In this document: in pieces, positions 59,101 through 64,000 of the stretch
Layout: each line of letters starts with the position of its first letter
Numbering within the stretch: position 1 is the first letter of the stretch
Source of the DNA: an uncultured delta proteobacterium
Lineage (GTDB): Bacteria; Desulfobacterota; Desulfobaccia; Desulfobaccales; 0-14-0-80-60-11
Reading direction: 5' to 3'
Assembly (NCBI GenBank): GCA_963768765.1
Contig: CAVYJK010000033.1
Coordinates: 329-64,328, forward strand
DNA: 64,000 bases
Translations under genes and position numbers: made by a program
Notes under the pieces: generated by a model
The model's input: the letters and a program-made list of their open reading frames with translations, nothing else
Told to the model about the DNA's origin: nothing
Database searches by the model: none

Positions 59101-60786
59101 GGAGGTGCTGGGCAAGACCGTGGACGAGATCTGGCCGTCCGAAGAAGCCCGCCGGTTCAAAGAGTACGATCAGGCAGTCCTCTCCGAAAAGAGGGCCATG
59201 CAATCGGTGGAAAGATTCCCGGTAGCCGATGGAGAGCGCTATTTACTGGCCAGCCGGTTTCCCATCCTGGACGCCGACGGCCGGGCGGTCATGATGGGAG
59301 GCGTCGGCATCGACGTCACGCCCCGCCACCGGGCCGAAAAGGCCCTTAGGGAAAAGACCCGGCTGCTGGACGCCTTTTTTGAACACGCCCTCACCCCCCA
59401 GGTCTTCCTGGACCGGGACTTCAACTTTATCCGGGTGAACCGGGCCTATGCCCGTGGCCTGCCGGAGGGAGGCATAGGACTTCCCGAAGGGCGCAACCAC
59501 TTCGACCTTTACCCCCACGAGGAAAATCAGGCCATCTTCGCGGAAGCGGTGCGGACCAAGACGCCGTACCAGGCGGTGGCCAAAGCCTTCGTCTTCCCGG
59601 ACCACCCCGAATGGGGGGTCACCTACTGGGACTGGACCCTGGCGCCCATCCTGGACGAAGCCGGGCGAGGTGGACTTCCTGGTCTTTTCCCTCAAGGACG
59701 TGACGGAGCGGGTCCAGGCGGAGGAAGCCAGGTCCCAGCTCATCGAGATCCTGGACGCCACCCCCGATTTTGTGGGCACCGCGGATGCTACCGGACAGGT
59801 GCTTTACTTAAATCGGGCCGGCGCGACAAATATTGGGGATTGGGGGCAGACGAGGATATTGCCCAAATCAATATAGCGGATTACCATCCCGGATGGGCCG
59901 CGGACCTGGTTATAAATGAAGGGCTGCCCACCGCGGCCCGGGAGGGGTCATGGCAGGGCGAGACCGCGATGCTGGGCGGCGACGGGCCGGGAGATTCCTC
60001 TTGTCCCAGGTTATCCTGGCCCACCACGACCCCCAGGGGCAGGTGGAATTTTTTTCCACCATTGGCCGGGATATCAGCGATCTCAAACAAGCGGAGGAGG
60101 CCCTGAGGGTATCGGAGCAAAAATTGCGCTTTCTGGCCACCCAGATCCTGAAGGTCCAGGAGCGGGAGCGGGGCCGCCTCTCCCGGGAACTGCACGACGG
60201 CCTGGGGCAGGCCCTCCTGGTCTTCAAGCTGCAGCTTAGCGCCATCCAGAAGAACCTGCCGCCAGAGTACCAGGATCTCAAAAGAGATACCAATTACGCC
60301 CTCCAGTATATCGACGAGATCATCGAGGACATCCGGCGCCTGTCCCACAACCTGAGTCCCACGGTCCTGGAAGACATCGGGCTGGCCGCGGCCCTCAAGA
60401 ACCTCTGCGAGGAGTTCAAGAGGCTCCACGACCTGGAGATCCACCTGGATCTGGACGAAGTGGAAGGTCTGTTCGCCAAGGAGCCCCAGATCAACATCTA
60501 CCGCATCTTCCAGGAAGCCCTGACCAACATCAGCAAGTACGCCAACGCCACCCGGGTGAAGCTGGCCGTCAAGAAAGCGGAGGGGAAGATCGCTTTTGCC
60601 ATCGAAGACGACGGCGCCGGGTTCGACGTGGACGCGGTCCTGGTCCGGGAGGCCGCGGATCGGGGACTGGGGCTGGCCGCCATGGGCGAACGGGTCCGGA
60701 TTCTGGGAGGGACGCTTAACGTTTCCAGCCAAGAAGGGAAGGGCACCCGCATCAGTTTTACCGTGCCGGTAAGAAGCGGCCGGTGA
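56118..60786 (+). CDS. Large cytoplasmic multi-PAS/GAF histidine kinase (HisKA_3 type); ~5 frameshifts
   Basis: Repeated PAS-PAC units ending D[IV]T.RK.AEE, GAF, then ERERGRLSRELHDGLGQ, QEALTN, DDGAGF, GLGL; pieces 56118, 58291, 59003, 59670, 59950 are contiguous. Confidence 0.82.
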
Positions 60787-60934
60787 GACTCAAGTCAGTG
60801 GTCAGGGGTCAGGGGCCAGGAGAGAGATTCCCTGGCTCCCCTCAGGTTCATAATCCCTACACCCCTGGGTCCGCCCCGAGTGGTTTGCCAACCGTCATTC
60901 AGAGAACGGCATCAGCCTCCGGGCTGAACCGTGG

Positions 60935-61194
60935 GGGTCTGCGGGGGCATCCTGCTGCCTCTCCCCGGTTTTGGTTGCTACAGCTTCACCCTCAGATGGA
61001 GCCAGTGGTGTTGACTCCCTCCCAGGGGTGACTTACCTTCAGGTAAGGCAAATTCTCCTTGCCAGGCGGGACCGGGGCGGGTCGCCGGGACAAAACCGGT
61101 TAAAGCGCTAAGATGAGTCAAGGCACCGGGGTTGGGGGTTTGCTCAGAATAAATAACAGTGGGGGGCGGCCGTCCCCGGCCGCCCGGCAGACCC
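60935..61194. ncRNA. Unassigned multi-stem structured element (candidate ncRNA)
   Basis: Nested stems GGGTCTGC/GCAGACCC, CCCCGGT/ACCGGGG, TTGACTC/GAGTCAA enclosing several hairpins. Confidence 0.4.
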
Positions 61195-61306
61195 ATCCCT
61201 GATTCAGGGTTTTAGGGGGCCTAAATTCATTTCATTTAAACTGACAACTTTCCGTTAAAAAAGGCATAATCGAGGCGCAGCCAAACCGATTACACCTGGA
61301 GGAGCC

Positions 61307-62437
61307 ATGTTCGGCAAACGCATCAAGTTGTTCAATCTCCTGGGTTTCGAGGTCCGCATCGACCTCAGCTGGATTATCATCGCCAGCCTGATCACCTGGT
61401 CCCTGGCGGCGGGGCTCTTTCCCTACCTGTACCACGGCCTGACCCCGGAGACCTACTGGTTCATGGGAGCCGTTGGGGCGGTGGGACTCTTTGTCTCCAT
61501 CATCTTCCACGAGTTCTGCCACTCCATCGTGGCCCGGAAGTTCGGCATTGCCATGAAGGGCATCACCCTGTTCATCTTTGGCGGGGTGGCGGAGATGGGG
61601 GATGAGCCTCCCACCGCCAGGGCGGAATTCTGGATGGCCGTGGTGGGCCCGCTTTCCAGCTTCTTCATCGGCGGGGTCTTCTACCTGATCTATTCCTGGG
61701 GCAGACAAAGCGGCTGGCCGCTGCCGGTGAACGGCGTGACCCGGTACCTGGCCTGGATAAACGTGCTGCTGGCCGCCTTCAACCTGCTGCCGGCCTTTCC
61801 CCTGGACGGCGGCCGCATCCTGCGGTCCATTCTCTGGGGCGCCAAGGATAATCTGCGCTGGGCCACCCGGATTTCCTCCGCCATCGGCTCGGGGTTCGGC
61901 ATCCTGTTGATTATCCTGGGGGTCCTGGAGGTGCTGCGGGGGAATTTCATCGGCGGCATGTGGTGGTTCTTGATCGGCATGTTCCTGAGGGGCGCGGCCC
62001 AGATGTCCTACCAGCAGCTGGTGGTACGCAAGGCCCTGGAAGGCGAGCACGTCCGCCGCTTCATGAACCCCAGCCCCGTCACCGTGCCGGCCACCACCAC
62101 GGTGCAGGACCTGGTGGAGGACTACATCTATAAGTACCATTACAAGATGTTCCCGGTGATGGAGGGGAACCAACTGGCGGGCTGCATAACCACCAGGGAG
62201 GTCAAAGAGATTCCCCGGGAGGCGTGGGGCCGGGAGACCGTCGGCCCCCTGGCGTCCCGGTGCACGCCGGAAAACACCATCGAGCCGGAGGCCGATGCCA
62301 CCAAGGCCCTGGCCCTCATGAACCAGACCGGGGTGAGCCGCCTCCTGGTGGTGGAGGGCGGCCGCCTGGTGGGCATCGTGACCTTGAAAGATCTGCTGAA
62401 TTTCCTGTCGCTCAAGGTGGAGTTGGAGGAGCAATAA
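61307..62437 (+). CDS. Site-2 protease (M50) with two CBS domains
   Basis: HEFCH, FNLLPAFPLDGGR, CBS pair; SD GGAGGAG; CTGACA..CATAAT promoter at 61241-61270. Confidence 0.92.
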   Translation: MFGKRIKLFNLLGFEVRIDLSWIIIASLITWSLAAGLFPYLYHGLTPETYWFMGAVGAVGLFVSIIFHEFCHSIVARKFGIAMKGITLFIFGGVAEMGDEPPTARAEFWMAVVGPLSSFFIGGVFYLIYSWGRQSGWPLPVNGVTRYLAWINVLLAAFNLLPAFPLDGGRILRSILWGAKDNLRWATRISSAIGSGFGILLIILGVLEVLRGNFIGGMWWFLIGMFLRGAAQMSYQQLVVRKALEGEHVRRFMNPSPVTVPATTTVQDLVEDYIYKYHYKMFPVMEGNQLAGCITTREVKEIPREAWGRETVGPLASRCTPENTIEPEADATKALALMNQTGVSRLLVVEGGRLVGIVTLKDLLNFLSLKVELEEQ

Positions 62438-62554
62438 GGGGGGCAGGCCGCGCCGGCCTCCCAGGAGGAGCCCTCTGTTTGGCGGGTGTAGCGATCGTCG
62501 CGCCCCATATGTCTTGGGGGTGGGCCAGTCCCAGGCTTCTTAAAGGAGGCTCGC

Positions 62555-62818
62555 ATGACCAAAATAGAGCGACTCAAACAGGAGGCCAGGGAAGCTGCCA
62601 GGATTAAGGGCCACAGGCTGGGGAGATTCCGGGAATCGGTAATTACCGCGGAGGGCCCAGCCCCTGGCCAGAGGCCGGCGGCCGTGGCGGTGTGCCAGGT
62701 CTGCGGGGCCATGGCCGTGGTGGCTCCCGCTCCCGCCCGGGATGAGCCGGAGATCCTGGGGGAAGCGGTGCAGTGGGAGTGCTTCGGCATCGAGCGGGAG
62801 GGCCACGAAACGGCCTAG
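62555..62818 (+). CDS. Small hypothetical protein (possible Zn-binding H..CxxC..C)
   Basis: SD AAAGGAGG; GHRLG..CQVCG..C. Confidence 0.65.
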   Translation: MTKIERLKQEAREAARIKGHRLGRFRESVITAEGPAPGQRPAAVAVCQVCGAMAVVAPAPARDEPEILGEAVQWECFGIEREGHETA

Positions 62819-63005
62819 GATGCGCTCCTGAATTACCTGAATTAAAGGTAGGGGCGGGGGCCATCGCCCTGGGTAGCTCGGGCAAATTCCTTGCGGCCGG
62901 ATGCGCTGCTATCCAGGGGATTAAGCCGCCGGCTGGCAGCGGTGGAGGTCACGCTCAATCTGAGCGGGATGGCCGGCGCCTTTTTAGGCGCCGGGTGGGG
63001 TTATG

Positions 63006-63410
63006 CTAATTGTCAGCGCCGACTATACTGATATTCAGGAGAAAGTGCTTGGTGGCGGTTTTGCTGCCTTCCCACTGCCGGTAGTAAGCCAACTTGATAT
63101 GAGTCTGTCCCACCTTTTGCGCCCGGAAGCGCCAGATGTGGACCACGGCTGCTCCTACCAGGTTTCCCGGCGAGGCATTTTCGGTCTCCTGGGAAACCAG
63201 GTCCAGGTAACCAGAATCAAAATGCTCCAGGTACCAGCTGAAGCCGGTGCCGCCGCTTCCCGGCAGTTCCAGCCGGACGGTCTCCCCCACCTTGAGGGTA
63301 AGTGTTTGGCCGTTATGTTCTTGCCGCAGGGTAACGTTTTCGTCGCCAGCCACCAGAGGCGATTGAGGAAGAAAAACCAAGACCGCCAAAAATATTAAGA
63401 TCTTTTTCAT
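63006..63410 (-). CDS. Secreted protease inhibitor I42 (chagasin-like)
   Basis: Signal peptide; LKVGE..L...GTGFSW, VGA, G.T.I.LAY.RQWE. Confidence 0.85.
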   Translation of the reverse strand: MKKILIFLAVLVFLPQSPLVAGDENVTLRQEHNGQTLTLKVGETVRLELPGSGGTGFSWYLEHFDSGYLDLVSQETENASPGNLVGAAVVHIWRFRAQKVGQTHIKLAYYRQWEGSKTATKHFLLNISIVGADN

Positions 63411-63622
63411 TTTAGTTGACGGCATTTAAGATTGTCCTTGGCAACGGCAAAAGGTTGCGGCGTGGCTGGCTCCATCCAAATTAGCATTCCGGCGTCCAAA
63501 TTTCAATTTTTTTTGGCGGCTGGGCTTTCCAGGCCCAGCTGCTTCCAAGGCCGGGCGTTGCGGGTGGTAGTCTCTTTAATCCGGTCAAGTCCTACGCCTT
63601 TCAGACGGCTCAATTCGGCCCC

Positions 63623-63955
63623 TCACATCTTTTCTATTTCCTTCAGGTATTCGGCGTAAACCTCCAGGTCACCACTCTTGGCAATCTGCTTGTCTTCGTA
63701 TGGCGCGGCGACCCGCCGGTAAAACTCGTCGGCCATGTTTTTGAAGGTGCCGGTAATCATGGCAATGAGCCAGTAGCGCAGGGGGCCGAATTGCCGGCGG
63801 GCCACCTCCAGCGCCAGGCGGGTGCAGGCATAGTTCAGAAAGCCGGCAAAGGCGCCGTCGTAGCCGTACTCCCTGGCGCCGCCAACTATGCAGTCGGCCA
63901 GCTCATCGATGAGGGGGTCCAGGTCCTGTCGGTGTTGGGGCGCGATGTAGGGCAT
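63623..63955 (-). CDS. DUF6899-like conserved hypothetical protein
   Basis: MPYI, LNY..TRL, RY, EFYRRVAAPYED.....GD; SD GGGAGG. Confidence 0.7.
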   Translation of the reverse strand: MPYIAPQHRQDLDPLIDELADCIVGGAREYGYDGAFAGFLNYACTRLALEVARRQFGPLRYWLIAMITGTFKNMADEFYRRVAAPYEDKQIAKSGDLEVYAEYLKEIEKM

Positions 63956-64000
63956 GTTTTCCTCCCTGGGTTTAAGCAGACGTTCATGAGCATTTGGCTC

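Noticed and set aside
60960..61205. Cobalamin riboswitch on the minus strand (AGGGA..ACGG..CCACTGT..CCACTG..GGTGAAG)
   Set aside because: Lacks the GGTG-AA-TCC hairpin and a convincing B12 box; part of the match is a REP-like palindrome, and no gene lies downstream on that strand
63503..63613. 36-aa minus-strand ORF resembling a TatD C-terminus (SRLKG..TTTRNAR)
   Set aside because: Too short and similarity judged by eye only; at most a gene relic

Overview
GC-rich bacterial chromosome segment. Gene content (many sigma54 activators, TSUP/USP operons, MvhD, split glutamate synthase) suggests an anaerobic Desulfobacterota/deltaproteobacterium; this is inference. At least 15 single-base frameshifts across unrelated, otherwise intact genes point to long-read consensus errors rather than real pseudogenes. 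Housekeeping and accessory genes include rluB, pyrE, ogt, a UDP-glucuronate decarboxylase, speB plus a deoxyhypusine-synthase-like gene, and an Mla-like ABC system. Larger blocks are an ArsS radical-SAM/glycosyltransferase cluster, an MtrA-like/thymidylate-synthase/DUF4346 fusion and a 14.5-kb nitrogen-assimilation cluster. That cluster holds a NifA-like activator, three GltB FMN-domain paralogues, glnA, amt, P-II, MvhD and a GltB amidotransferase/GXGXG fusion. Non-annotated signals I rank highest: (1) a four-helix-bundle (23S-IVS/bAvd-like) gene bracketed by inverted heptamer arrays, filling an intercistronic gap of the glutamate synthase operon; (2) a sigma54/IHF-driven ~105-nt sRNA, then a Cys-rich leader ORF ending in IFHPP, then three secreted Met/Gly-rich low-complexity proteins (candidate metal-responsive 'sponge' module); (3) a repeated ACA-N4-TGT enhancer motif at 30-32-bp spacing near the sigma54 promoters of the nitrogen genes; (4) an unassigned ~260-nt multi-stem RNA-like element. 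Many families of short palindromic/MITE-like intergenic repeats are present, with no transposase in the window. I saw no rRNA, tRNA or CRISPR array.
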